From Cyanobacteria bacterium REEB67 (lineage in GTDB: Bacteria; Cyanobacteriota; Vampirovibrionia; Obscuribacterales; Obscuribacteraceae): a stretch of 64,000 bases of DNA. Shown piece after piece: positions 8,675 to 17,983 of this stretch (position 1 is its first letter; each line of letters starts with the position of its first letter). The notes beneath the pieces are model-generated. The model was not told the DNA's origin and did no database searches. It saw only the letters and a list, made by a program, of their open reading frames with translations. Both the position numbers and the translations under genes were made by a program. The stretch covers positions 5,505 to 69,504 of the forward strand of contig JAGXAB010000022.1 in the NCBI GenBank assembly GCA_018971775.1, read 5' to 3'.

Positions 8675-9517
8675 ATGCGCGATCAAGCCATGTCCATGGT
8701 CGAGGCCCTGACTCTGGGTGTCGTGCAGGGTCTGACCGAATTTTTGCCGATCAGTTCGAGCGCCCATCTGCGTGTGGTGCCCGCCCTCTGCCACTGGGGT
8801 GACCCCGGGGCCGCTTTTTCGGCGGTTATCCAGCTTGGCTCGGTGGTGGCGGTGATAGCTTATTTCTTCAAGGATTTAATCGAAATCGGCGGTGGCGCCT
8901 ACCGCGGCATCAAAGCAAAAGATTACGGCGGCCGCGATGTGCGCCTGGCTGGCGCGATTGTCGTCGGCACCATTCCGGTCTGTGTGCTCGGCCTGCTGCT
9001 AAAAAAATATCTCGAAGCCGAAGGCTCGCCTTTGCGCTCCCTGCAAACAGTAGGCTTTGCGTCAATCGGCATGGCTCTTTTGCTGCTGCTTGCCGAAAAG
9101 CTGGCCAAGCACAAGCGCGGCATCGACGACATGGGCGCCCGCGATGGCCTTTTTGTCGGCCTCGGTCAGGCCCTGGCTCTCATCCCTGGTTGTTCGCGCA
9201 GCGGCTCGACTTTGACAGCGGCACTCTTCATGAATATGAAAAGAGCCGATGCCGCTCGTTTCAGCTTTTTGCTCGGTGTGCCGGCGGTGGTGCTTTCCGG
9301 TCTCGTCGAGCTTTATCATATGTATAAAGAAGGCCTGCAGGGCGATGGCGTCACCGTGCTAATCGCAGGCCTTGTGGCATCGCTGGTGGTGAGCTATCTG
9401 GCCATCGCCTGGTTGATGAAATATCTGCAAAATCATTCCACCTGGCTCTTCGTTATCTATCGTCTTATTTTTGGTGCGCTAGTCCTTTATCTGGCTATGT
9501 CCGGGCAAATCCACTGA
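8675..9517 (+). CDS. uppP: Undecaprenyl-diphosphate phosphatase
   Basis: It carries GVVQGLTEFLPISSSAHL and PGCSRSGSTL motifs and is multi-pass hydrophobic. Its ATG directly abuts the PilZ stop codon. Confidence 0.92.
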   Translation: MRDQAMSMVEALTLGVVQGLTEFLPISSSAHLRVVPALCHWGDPGAAFSAVIQLGSVVAVIAYFFKDLIEIGGGAYRGIKAKDYGGRDVRLAGAIVVGTIPVCVLGLLLKKYLEAEGSPLRSLQTVGFASIGMALLLLLAEKLAKHKRGIDDMGARDGLFVGLGQALALIPGCSRSGSTLTAALFMNMKRADAARFSFLLGVPAVVLSGLVELYHMYKEGLQGDGVTVLIAGLVASLVVSYLAIAWLMKYLQNHSTWLFVIYRLIFGALVLYLAMSGQIH

Positions 9518-9526
9518 GGGGCTTCG

Positions 9527-10387
9527 GTGTTTCCCGCGCATCTGTTTGAGCGAGCTCAAAAAGCAGTGACGGCGGAAGCGCTTGCCGCTTTTGCCGCCGA
9601 TGGCGCCCTTTGTCTCCGGCAGGTTTTAAACACTGATGAGCTGGCCATCCTCACCGAGGGCATCGAAGCCAATCTCAAAGATCTCAGTCCCAGGGCCAAG
9701 GTCGCCAGTCGACCCGACGATCCCGGCTATTTTGTCGAGGACTTTTGCAACTGGCAGCAATTTGAACAGTATCAAAAATTGCTTTTTGATTCGCCACTGC
9801 CGGCGGTGGCTGGCCTTTTACTCGGCAGTGCAACTGTCCGCCTGTACCACGACCACCTGCTGGTAAAAGAAGCCAATACCAGACAAAAGACTCCCTGGCA
9901 TCAGGACCAGCCCTATTACAATATCGAAGGTCGGCAAAATATCAGCTTCTGGATTGCCGTCGACGCTGTGCCCAGGGATCAAAGTCTGGAATTTGTAGCA
10001 GGCTCCCATCTCGGCCCCTGGCTCATGCCGCGCAGCTTCATGGACAATCAGGCTAAATGGTTCGCCGAAGGCACGCTCAGCGAGTTGCCTGCCATCGAAG
10101 CAAGTCGCGAGCAGTTTCCGATTATCGGCTGGGCCGTAGAGCCCGGTGATATCGTCTGCTTCCATATGCTCACCTTGCACAGCGCAAGCGGCGTCAAAAA
10201 CAATCGCCGCCGTGTCTTTTCGGCGCGCTATCTCGGCGATGACATCATCCACGCGCCGAGGCCCTGGGTGACTTCGCCGTCCTTTGAAGGTCTGGCCGAA
10301 GTGCTGCCGGACGGTGCCGTCATGAATCATCCGCTCTTTCCGATCGCCTGGAGCGCAGACGACGATATGCAAGGCTCTAAATCTTAG
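9527..10387 (+). CDS. Phytanoyl-CoA dioxygenase (PhyH) family Fe(II)/2-oxoglutarate oxygenase
   Basis: It has WHQDQPYY (the HxD iron ligands) and a distal His in LTLHSASG. The length of 286 aa is typical. The start codon is GTG. Confidence 0.8.
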   Translation: MFPAHLFERAQKAVTAEALAAFAADGALCLRQVLNTDELAILTEGIEANLKDLSPRAKVASRPDDPGYFVEDFCNWQQFEQYQKLLFDSPLPAVAGLLLGSATVRLYHDHLLVKEANTRQKTPWHQDQPYYNIEGRQNISFWIAVDAVPRDQSLEFVAGSHLGPWLMPRSFMDNQAKWFAEGTLSELPAIEASREQFPIIGWAVEPGDIVCFHMLTLHSASGVKNNRRRVFSARYLGDDIIHAPRPWVTSPSFEGLAEVLPDGAVMNHPLFPIAWSADDDMQGSKS

Positions 10388-10475
10388 CGCCGGATAAAAT
10401 CGCTGTTTAGCGCCTTATAAAATGGTGATTTAGCGCCTGATAAAATGGCGATTTAGCGCCTTATAAAATGAATCA
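10384..10475. repeat. Four tandem copies of a 23-bp unit (TTAGCGCC-nnATAAAAT-n6)
   Basis: The units are at 10384-10406, 10407-10429, 10430-10452 and 10453-10475: ttagcgccggataaaatcgctgt / ttagcgccttataaaatggtgat / ttagcgcctgataaaatggcgat / ttagcgccttataaaatgaatca. Copy 1 overlaps the PhyH stop. Copy 4 encodes the last 7 codons plus the stop of the protease gene. Confidence 0.9.
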
Positions 10476-11793
10476 TTTTGCGCTGCATGTCGATCGTGTA
10501 TTCATAATTTTCCCAGAACGGCTGGCCGAGCAGTGGTGCCTCGAGGCCGCCTTTATCGTCGGCAATTTCTGTATTGACGCTGACCATCACATCGGTGCGC
10601 TCGATCGGGCCCAGTTTTAGCCTGCGGATCGGAAAGACTTTGCAATTGCCTGAGCCATTTACGCCTGTGTGCGTCTGGTTCGCCGCATCGGGTGGAATCT
10701 TGACCCCGGCTTTTTCTGCCTGGCCTTCGGACATAAAGGAGCAGGCGCTGGCGGTGTTGCCGGTGTCAAAAATCATCGGCATCGATTTGCCGTTCACTTC
10801 TACATCGACCATCACCCGACTGCCACTCTTGAGAAATTGGAAGGGCACGCTGATCGCCGCCCCGCCCAAAGTCTCCTGGTTAGCGATCGCTTTTTGTTTG
10901 AGGTTGATCTGACAGGCTTTAGTGTCGATCGTATAAACGTATTTGCTGAAAAATGTCTGGCCAAGCAAGGGCGGCGAGTGGTCGTATTCGAGTATTTCGA
11001 TCGGCATGTCACGCTTTTCGATGTTGCCCACCTTGACCGTTGCTTTCATCACCCAGAAGGCAACGGGGTCGCCACTCGAGGAACCACCTGTGGTGCCGGC
11101 CGGCGCACCGGTCGGTTCGGAAATTCCCCACTCTTTTAGGTGATTCTTGCCGACGCAGACTCCCGGCGCACCTGTATCGAAGAGCAGCTTCACAGGCCTG
11201 TTATTGATATAGCCGTCCAGCATTGCGCCGCCGTGGGAGTAGGGCGTGAAGGGGATGCGGCACTGCGCCGGCATTGATCGATCGAGTATTTCCGAATCGT
11301 CGACGGCCGGGTGCGAATTTTTCACAATTGCCCGGGCGATGTCTTCGGGACTTTTGGCCGTCACCGCGTCGTTCTTTTTGGCTCCGGCTCCGGCACTTGC
11401 CGCATCCGCCGCGGCTATACCAGCGGCGAAGGTCGGATCTAACTTGAGCAAAATTGCCTTGGAGTAGCTACCGATCTGCGATGTCGGTGCCAGCTGATAA
11501 ACCTGGCGGTAAAGCAGGCGAGATTTTGCACTGTTGCCCAGTTGTTGCTGACAGATGGCGGCGTAGTAAGCAGCGTATGGATCGCGACTGTTGACGACGA
11601 GATAATCGTCGAGCAGCTGGGCTGCACCGCGATAGTCTTTGTTGTTGTAAGCGGCGATGCCGAGGCTGCGTTTATCGGTGGCCGCCGCCGGGGCTGCAGC
11701 CGGCTTGGCCGGAGCAGCCACAGCCTCTTGCCAAAAAATCGGCGCGATGCTACATACGCTCGCCAGATAGATCGAAGTCAGCGTGAGTTTCAA
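10453..11793 (-). CDS. Secreted protein with a TPR-like N-terminal region and two retropepsin-like (clan AA) aspartic protease domains
   Basis: It has a signal peptide (MKLTLTSIYLASVCSIAPIFWQEAVA). A TPR-like segment follows (YNNKDYRGAAQLLDDYL...). There are two DTG active-site motifs, LLFDTGAPGVCVG and MIFDTGNTASACSF. Confidence 0.6.
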   Translation of the reverse strand: MKLTLTSIYLASVCSIAPIFWQEAVAAPAKPAAAPAAATDKRSLGIAAYNNKDYRGAAQLLDDYLVVNSRDPYAAYYAAICQQQLGNSAKSRLLYRQVYQLAPTSQIGSYSKAILLKLDPTFAAGIAAADAASAGAGAKKNDAVTAKSPEDIARAIVKNSHPAVDDSEILDRSMPAQCRIPFTPYSHGGAMLDGYINNRPVKLLFDTGAPGVCVGKNHLKEWGISEPTGAPAGTTGGSSSGDPVAFWVMKATVKVGNIEKRDMPIEILEYDHSPPLLGQTFFSKYVYTIDTKACQINLKQKAIANQETLGGAAISVPFQFLKSGSRVMVDVEVNGKSMPMIFDTGNTASACSFMSEGQAEKAGVKIPPDAANQTHTGVNGSGNCKVFPIRRLKLGPIERTDVMVSVNTEIADDKGGLEAPLLGQPFWENYEYTIDMQRKMIHFIRR

Positions 11794-11806
11794 TCGAAAT
11801 ACCTTG

Positions 11807-13468
11807 CTAGAGTACGGCGGTTTCCCGGTAAGCGCCCCAGACTTCGCGCATGGCGTCGCAGATTTCGCCTAAAGTGGCGTAGGCTTCGACGGCCTCGATC
11901 AGGAGCGGGAAGGTATTGTTGCCGTTGCGCATCGCTTCTTTGAGCTCGTTCAAGCAGGTCGTCACTTTGGCATTGTCGCGGCGAGCGCGCAAATCCTTGA
12001 GACGATTGACCTGCCTTTCCTGATATTCGCCACCGATCTTGAGGATTTCGATTTTGGCTCCGGGAGCTTCTTCCTTGAGTCCTGTCAGGCCGACGAAGAC
12101 GCGGTCTCCCGACTGCATCTTCTGTTCGAATTTATAGGCCGAGTCGGCGATTTCTTTCATGAAGAAACCTTTTTCGATGCCGGCGATGACACCACCGATA
12201 GCATCGATTTTTTCGAAGTATTCGTTGGCGCCGCGCTCGAGCTCATCGGTGAGCCACTCCACATAATAGGATCCGGCCAGCGGATCGGCGACGTTGGTGA
12301 CGCCGGTTTCGTAGGCGATGATCTGCTGTGTACGCAGGGCGATATGGGCTGCTTTTTCTGTCGGCAGGCCGAGCACTTCATCCATGGAGTTTGTGTGCAG
12401 CGATTGAGTACCGCCCAGCACTCCGGCGAGGGCTTCGATGGCGGTGCGGATGATGTTGTTTTCCGGTTGAGGTGCAGTCAAGCTGCAGCCGGCGGTTTGA
12501 GTGTGGAAGCGCAGTTTGAGCGAGCGCTCGTCTTTGGCACCGTAATGATCGCGCATGCGGCGAGCCCAGATGCGGCGAGCGGCGCGGTACTTGGCGATCT
12601 CTTCGAAAAAGTCGATATGGGCATTGAAGAAGAACGACAGACGGGGCACGAAATCATCGATTTTGAGACCGGCTTCGATGCCGGCGTCGACGTAGGCAAA
12701 GCCGTCGGCGAGCGTAAAGGCCAGCTCTTGCACGGCGGTGGCGCCGGCTTCTCGGATGTGATAACCGCTGACCGAAATAGTATTCCAGCGCGGTACATTA
12801 TGTGTGCAGAAAACCATCATGTCCTGAATCAGCTTCAGAGCCGGGCGCGGCGGCACGAGATAGGTTTTTTGAGCGATGTATTCTTTGAAGATGTCATTTT
12901 GCAATGTGCCGTTCAAGAGCTTCCAGTCGATGCCGCGTTTCTTGGCATTGGCCAGGAACATGGCCAGGATGATCACGGCCGGACCGTTGATCGTCATCGA
13001 AGTCGAGACTTTATCGAGGGGCAGATCTTTATAGAGGACTTCGATGTCTTCGAGCGAGTCGATGGCGACGCCGCATACTCCGACTTCGCCGTCTGCTTTT
13101 GGATTATCCGAGTCGTAACCCATGAGAGTAGGCAGATCGAAGGCGGTGGAGAGGCCGGTCTGGCCCTGGGCGAGGAGATAGCGGAAGCGCTTGTTTGTTT
13201 CTTCCGGTCCGCCAAATCCGGCAAACTGACGCATCGTCCAGACTTTGCCGCGATACATGTTTTCGTGGATGCCGCGCGTATAAGGAAAGAGGCCGGGCTC
13301 ATTGAGATCTTTTTCGTAGTCGAGATCTTTGATATCTTCAGGTGTATAAACGTTTTTGAGGGGGATGCCTGAAAGCGTCTCATGGGTTTTTTCGACACGT
13401 TTAGCTGTAGAGGCCGGTTTGGCTTCTCTGCCGACCGCGTCGTCCTTTTTCCCTAGTTCCTTGACCAT
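11807..13468 (-). CDS. Methylmalonyl-CoA mutase family large (catalytic TIM-barrel) subunit without a B12-binding domain
   Basis: The product contains RQFAGFGGPEETNKRFRYLLAQGQTGLSTAFDLPT...GVCGVAIDS...TMTINGPA...SVSGYHIREAG. At 553 aa it ends before the cobalamin-binding domain. Confidence 0.88.
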   Translation of the reverse strand: MVKELGKKDDAVGREAKPASTAKRVEKTHETLSGIPLKNVYTPEDIKDLDYEKDLNEPGLFPYTRGIHENMYRGKVWTMRQFAGFGGPEETNKRFRYLLAQGQTGLSTAFDLPTLMGYDSDNPKADGEVGVCGVAIDSLEDIEVLYKDLPLDKVSTSMTINGPAVIILAMFLANAKKRGIDWKLLNGTLQNDIFKEYIAQKTYLVPPRPALKLIQDMMVFCTHNVPRWNTISVSGYHIREAGATAVQELAFTLADGFAYVDAGIEAGLKIDDFVPRLSFFFNAHIDFFEEIAKYRAARRIWARRMRDHYGAKDERSLKLRFHTQTAGCSLTAPQPENNIIRTAIEALAGVLGGTQSLHTNSMDEVLGLPTEKAAHIALRTQQIIAYETGVTNVADPLAGSYYVEWLTDELERGANEYFEKIDAIGGVIAGIEKGFFMKEIADSAYKFEQKMQSGDRVFVGLTGLKEEAPGAKIEILKIGGEYQERQVNRLKDLRARRDNAKVTTCLNELKEAMRNGNNTFPLLIEAVEAYATLGEICDAMREVWGAYRETAVL

Positions 13469-13619
13469 TTAAAGTTCCCCTATAGGCTCGCATGAAGAAT
13501 TAGTTGAGTGAAGCGGCCGAAAAATTATTTCACCGTATGATTTTGACCTGTAATCTTCGTATGCATCAGATCTACAGTAATTCTTTCACAAATGCTCGTT
13601 AATGAGAGGACGCACACTT

Positions 13620-15356
13620 ATGGCCACCGCGGCAAATGAAAAGACCGGCACCGGGAAAAAATTGATCCAGGACATATTGACTAGTCAAGGGCCGATTGAA
13701 GTGCGTGCGCCCCACGGTACCGAGCTTGTCACCAGAGGTTGGGTACAGGAAGCGGCCCTGCGCATGCTCTTGAACAATCTCGACCCGGACGTGGCCGAGC
13801 GCCCTGAAGACCTGGTCGTCTACGGCGGCTCGGGCAAGGCGGCGCGCAACTGGCCCTGCTTCAAAGCGATAGTAAAGGCGCTCACCGAGCTGGAAAACGA
13901 CGAGACCCTGCTTGTGCAATCGGGCAAGCCGGTCGGTATTTTCAAAAGTCACAGCAATGCCCCCCGCGTTTTGATCGCCAACTCCAATCTGGTCGGTCAC
14001 TGGGCCACCTGGGAGCATTTCCGCGAGCTCGATAAAAAGGGTCTGATCATGTTCGGTCAGATGACCGCCGGCTCCTGGATCTATATCGGCACCCAGGGCA
14101 TTTTGCAGGGCACATATGAGACTTTTGCGGCGCTTGCCCGCAAGCATTTCGGCGGCAGTTTGAAAGGCCGTATCGTCGTCACCGCCGGTCTGGGCGGCAT
14201 GGGCGGCGCTCAGCCCCTGGCGATTACAATGAATGGCGGCGTCGCCGTCTGTATCGAAATGGATAAGACCCGCATCCAGCGCCGCCTCGACACCAAGTAT
14301 CTCGATGTCTGCGCCGACAGTCTGGCCCAGGCTCTGGAAATGGCGAAGGAAGCAAAGGCCGAGGGTAAGGCGATTTCGATTGGCATCCACGGCAACGCCG
14401 CCGATGTTTTGCCGCGCATGCTGGCCATGGGCTTCCTGCCCGACGCGCTAACAGATCAGACCAGCGCCCATGATCCTCTGAACGGCTACCTGCCCCTCGA
14501 CGAGGCCGGGGCGCCTGTGGAGATGGCCGATGCGCTTCTGTTGCGCAAAGATGATCCGACCAGATATCTCGAACTCGCCGACAAGTCGATAGTCAAACAC
14601 GTCGAGACCATGCTCGCTTTCCAGAAAGCCGGCGTCGTCACTTTTGACTACGGCAATAACATCAGGCAGGAAGCTTTCAACCATGGCTTGAAAAATGCCT
14701 TTGACTTCCCCGGTTTCGTACCGGCCTACATCAGACCGCTTTTTTGCGAAGGCAAAGGGCCCTTCCGCTGGGCAGCACTCTCGGGCGATCCCAAAGACAT
14801 CGAAGTGATCGACCAGGCCATTCTTGATAACTTCGCCGATAACGTCGACCTCTGCCGCTGGATCAAACTGGCCGGAGAGAAAGTGAAATTCCAGGGCTTG
14901 CCGGCACGCATCTGCTGGCTCGGTTATGGTGACCGCGCCAAAATGGGCTTGATCATGAATGACCTTGTTGCCAAGGGTAAAGTGAAAGCACCGATCGTGA
15001 TCGGCCGCGATCATCTCGATTCCGGATCTGTGGCCTCACCCAACCGCGAAACAGAAGCGATGAAAGACGGCTCCGATGCCATCGCCGACTGGGTCTATCT
15101 CAATGCCATGATCAATGCCGTCGGCGGCGCCAGCTGGGTTTCGCTGCATCACGGCGGCGGAGTCGGCATGGGTTACTCTCTGCATTCCGGTCAGGTGATC
15201 GTCGCCGACGGTACGCCGGAAGCGGCTGTGCGTCTCCAGCGTGTCCTCACCACCGATCCTGGCATGGGAGTGATCCGCCACATAGACGCTGGATATGACG
15301 AAGCTATAGAATTTGGCAAGACCAGCGATATCCGCGTCCCCATGCAAGAAATTTAA
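13620..15356 (+). CDS. hutU: Urocanate hydratase
   Basis: It carries [22 protein letters not shown] and [18 protein letters not shown] motifs. I prefer the ATG at 13620 (gagagga lies 9 nt upstream) to the ATG at 13602. Confidence 0.92.
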   Translation: MATAANEKTGTGKKLIQDILTSQGPIEVRAPHGTELVTRGWVQEAALRMLLNNLDPDVAERPEDLVVYGGSGKAARNWPCFKAIVKALTELENDETLLVQSGKPVGIFKSHSNAPRVLIANSNLVGHWATWEHFRELDKKGLIMFGQMTAGSWIYIGTQGILQGTYETFAALARKHFGGSLKGRIVVTAGLGGMGGAQPLAITMNGGVAVCIEMDKTRIQRRLDTKYLDVCADSLAQALEMAKEAKAEGKAISIGIHGNAADVLPRMLAMGFLPDALTDQTSAHDPLNGYLPLDEAGAPVEMADALLLRKDDPTRYLELADKSIVKHVETMLAFQKAGVVTFDYGNNIRQEAFNHGLKNAFDFPGFVPAYIRPLFCEGKGPFRWAALSGDPKDIEVIDQAILDNFADNVDLCRWIKLAGEKVKFQGLPARICWLGYGDRAKMGLIMNDLVAKGKVKAPIVIGRDHLDSGSVASPNRETEAMKDGSDAIADWVYLNAMINAVGGASWVSLHHGGGVGMGYSLHSGQVIVADGTPEAAVRLQRVLTTDPGMGVIRHIDAGYDEAIEFGKTSDIRVPMQEI

Positions 15357-15387
15357 CAGCGCAAATCGACGCATCGGGCTATCATGG

Positions 15388-15432
15388 CCTGGGTTGAGCT
15401 CGTTTACAGTCGAGCTTTTCCCAGGCTTTTTT
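15388..15432 (+). terminator. Intrinsic terminator downstream of hutU
   Basis: cctggg (15388-15393) pairs with cccagg (15420-15425), and an inner agctcg/cgagct stem adds to it. The hairpin is followed by cttttttc. Confidence 0.7.
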
Positions 15433-15485
15433 CTGACTGAAAAAATATTTCTCATGGGCATCGCTTTCGGCAATCTGGGCAAAAT

Positions 15486-16742
15486 ATGGCTCGTCTCGTT
15501 CAAAAGTTTGGCGGCACATCGGTAGCTGACGTCAGCAAAATCATGAAAGCGGCCGAGATTGCGGTGCAAGCTGCAAATGAAGGTCACGAAGTGACCACGG
15601 TGATTTCAGCTATGGGACATACCACGGATCATCTGGTGTCGCTGGCCGAACAGATTTTTCCTGAAGTCGGCCGTCGGTCCGCGCGCGAAATGGATATGCT
15701 GCTCGCCACCGGCGAACAGGTTTCGATCGCTCTGATGAGCATGGCTATCCAGTCGCTTGGCTATCAGGCCCGCTCTTTTACCGGTGCTCAGGCCGGCATC
15801 ATCACAGAAAGCCAGCACGGTGTGGCGAAGATTCAAGAGATACACTCCGAGCGCCTCGAGTCCAGTCTGGCCCGCGGTGAAATTGCCGTTGTTGCAGGCT
15901 TCCAGGGGGTCACCGAAAACAACGAACTGACAACGCTCGGTCGGGGCGGTTCCGACACCACCGCCGTCGCACTGTCGGCCGCACTTGGTGCCGATCGCTG
16001 TGATATCTACACCGATGTGCGCGGCGTCTTTACCGCCGATCCGCGCATCATCCCCGAAGCGAGACGTTTGCCTTCGGTGAGTTACGAAGAAATGCTGGAG
16101 TTGGCCGCTACAGGAGCGCAAGTAATGAACGCAAGATCGGTGGAATTGGCCATGGACAATCAGGTGCAGGTGCGGGTGCGCTCGACTTTCGAGCCGCAGG
16201 ACCAGGGCACGCTCATTACGCACCGCGTCAGCTCGCCGGAGTACACCATCGCCGGTATCGCCTGCGATATGAATAGTTGTGTGATCACTCTCAAAACGCC
16301 GACCAATCTCGAAGGCGTCAATCCGCTCGAAGGCGTCTCGGCGCTCTTCACGCGCTTGCAAGAACTCGGCATCCAGACCGATATGGTGATGGTGCTCAAG
16401 CACGAGGACGAGCCCTCGCAGGAGCTCGCCTTCACCATGGAAAAAGTTTCTCTGCCGCGCGTCCAGCAACTGATCGAAGCGCTCGCCCTGACGCTGGGCA
16501 ATCCGCTCATGCAGGTAGAAACCGATATCGCCAAAGTCTCGGTCGTCGGTCGCCGCCTGACCAGTCGTCCGGAAGTCGTGGCCGGTGTTTTCGAAACTCT
16601 GAGCAGCGCCAATATCCCTGTGCAGATGGTCGCTACCGGTGACATGCGCATCAGCGTTTTGATGCCTGCCAAACATGGCAGAGATGCGGTAAAACTAATA
16701 CATAAACGCTTCAATCTGGCTGAAGGTACGTTTACGGCTTAA
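15486..16742 (+). CDS. lysC: Aspartate kinase
   Basis: The N-terminus reads MARLVQKFGGTSVADV. It also has TLGRGGSDTTAVALSAAL and C-terminal ACT-like repeats. Confidence 0.92.
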   Translation: MARLVQKFGGTSVADVSKIMKAAEIAVQAANEGHEVTTVISAMGHTTDHLVSLAEQIFPEVGRRSAREMDMLLATGEQVSIALMSMAIQSLGYQARSFTGAQAGIITESQHGVAKIQEIHSERLESSLARGEIAVVAGFQGVTENNELTTLGRGGSDTTAVALSAALGADRCDIYTDVRGVFTADPRIIPEARRLPSVSYEEMLELAATGAQVMNARSVELAMDNQVQVRVRSTFEPQDQGTLITHRVSSPEYTIAGIACDMNSCVITLKTPTNLEGVNPLEGVSALFTRLQELGIQTDMVMVLKHEDEPSQELAFTMEKVSLPRVQQLIEALALTLGNPLMQVETDIAKVSVVGRRLTSRPEVVAGVFETLSSANIPVQMVATGDMRISVLMPAKHGRDAVKLIHKRFNLAEGTFTA

Positions 16743-16772
16743 GCCGGCAGAGCAATTTCAGAGGAAACAATC

Positions 16773-17120
16773 ATGACCAATCACGGCTTCGATAACATCA
16801 TGAACAAGGCCAAAGGCGTGGCCAAGCAAGCTGCCGAGCAGACCGGACGGGCTGCCAAAGCGGCCAAGCTGAAAATGTCGGCGATGTCTTTGAATACCGA
16901 GAAGACGGGCCATCTGCAGACAATTGGTCAGCGCTGCTATACATTGTTTAGCGAAAATCAAAATATCGACGGCGCACTGTTGCTCACCAAAATCTCGGAA
17001 GAGCTCAAACAGATCGAACGCATCGAAACAAAAATCAGAGAACTCGATGCCGAGATCTCTGATTTGCAAGCGAATACACAGCATGTAGACGTCACCGATG
17101 TGACGGGCCCGGAAACCTAA
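16773..17120 (+). CDS. Hypothetical coiled-coil protein, 115 aa
   Basis: The ATG is preceded by gaggaaac. A heptad-like segment (EELKQIERIETKIRELDAEISDLQ) is present. I recognised no family. Confidence 0.4.
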   Translation: MTNHGFDNIMNKAKGVAKQAAEQTGRAAKAAKLKMSAMSLNTEKTGHLQTIGQRCYTLFSENQNIDGALLLTKISEELKQIERIETKIRELDAEISDLQANTQHVDVTDVTGPET

Positions 17121-17126
17121 TATCGA

Positions 17127-17687
17127 TTATTGCTCCGGACTTTCGCCCGGTTGATCCGAACGTCCGGCCAGAGTGAAATCCGATGCTTTGACTGTATCGA
17201 TGAAGTCCTTGAAGTTTTTCGCTTCTGCTTCATCCGCTTCCGGATTGGCTGAGATACTGGCTTCCGCCAGGATGTGCGGCGCTACGAAGAGCGGCACGCG
17301 GCAGAGCATGGCAATGGCGATGCCGTCGGATGGGCGAGCGTCAAGGACGATGGCGGGTTCTTCATCCGACCCTTCTTCACCGGTTGTGAGGACAATTTCG
17401 GCAATGAAAGTATCCGACTCGATGTCGGTAATTTTGATCTCTTTGACCTTATGACCGGTCTGCTTGATTGTGTCTAATAGCAGATCATGGGTCGATGGTC
17501 TGGGGGATTTGACATTGCGAATAGCAAAGCCTATTGCCTTGGCTTCGGGCAGTCCCACCCAGATCGGCAGGGCGCGTCGATTATCCAGGTCTCTCAAAAC
17601 TACGACGGAGGCACCGCTGTCTTTTTCGATGCCGATGGCGCCAACTCGCATCTCAATCATTTTCATAAATTTCCAGGTCTCCTGCAA
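17127..17687 (-). CDS. Bifunctional nuclease (BFN/DUF151) family protein
   Basis: ALPIWVGLPEAKAIGFAIRNVKSPRPSTHDLLLDTI matches the DUF151 core. The C-terminal tail is acidic. Confidence 0.75.
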   Translation of the reverse strand: MQETWKFMKMIEMRVGAIGIEKDSGASVVVLRDLDNRRALPIWVGLPEAKAIGFAIRNVKSPRPSTHDLLLDTIKQTGHKVKEIKITDIESDTFIAEIVLTTGEEGSDEEPAIVLDARPSDGIAIAMLCRVPLFVAPHILAEASISANPEADEAEAKNFKDFIDTVKASDFTLAGRSDQPGESPEQ

Positions 17688-17983
17688 GCAATGTCTGACC
17701 TAAAGACGCATATGAACAAAACCTGTTTCCAGGCTGGGTACGGGCTTCTTAATTCGTTTCAATCGGACCGCTAATTTCAGAATAACAACTTTTTGCCAGA
17801 ATGCCCCCCCAAAATAGGCGAAAATGATTAAAGTATTGTTTGAGCTTTGCCTGAAATATTCAGCGTTTCGGCCCCCTGATCCGGCAAGGTGGCGGCCAAT
17901 TAATGAATCCAGTCATTTATATTGTAGACTTACGACAAATCAGATTTAATCCAGTTTCCACCTCGACTCTATCCAGGAGAAAG

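Noticed and set aside
15357-15485. I considered a lysine riboswitch or leader upstream of aspartate kinase.
   Set aside because: The 129-nt spacer is mostly occupied by the hutU terminator hairpin. It is too short for an L-box, and I saw no conserved L-box sequence elements.
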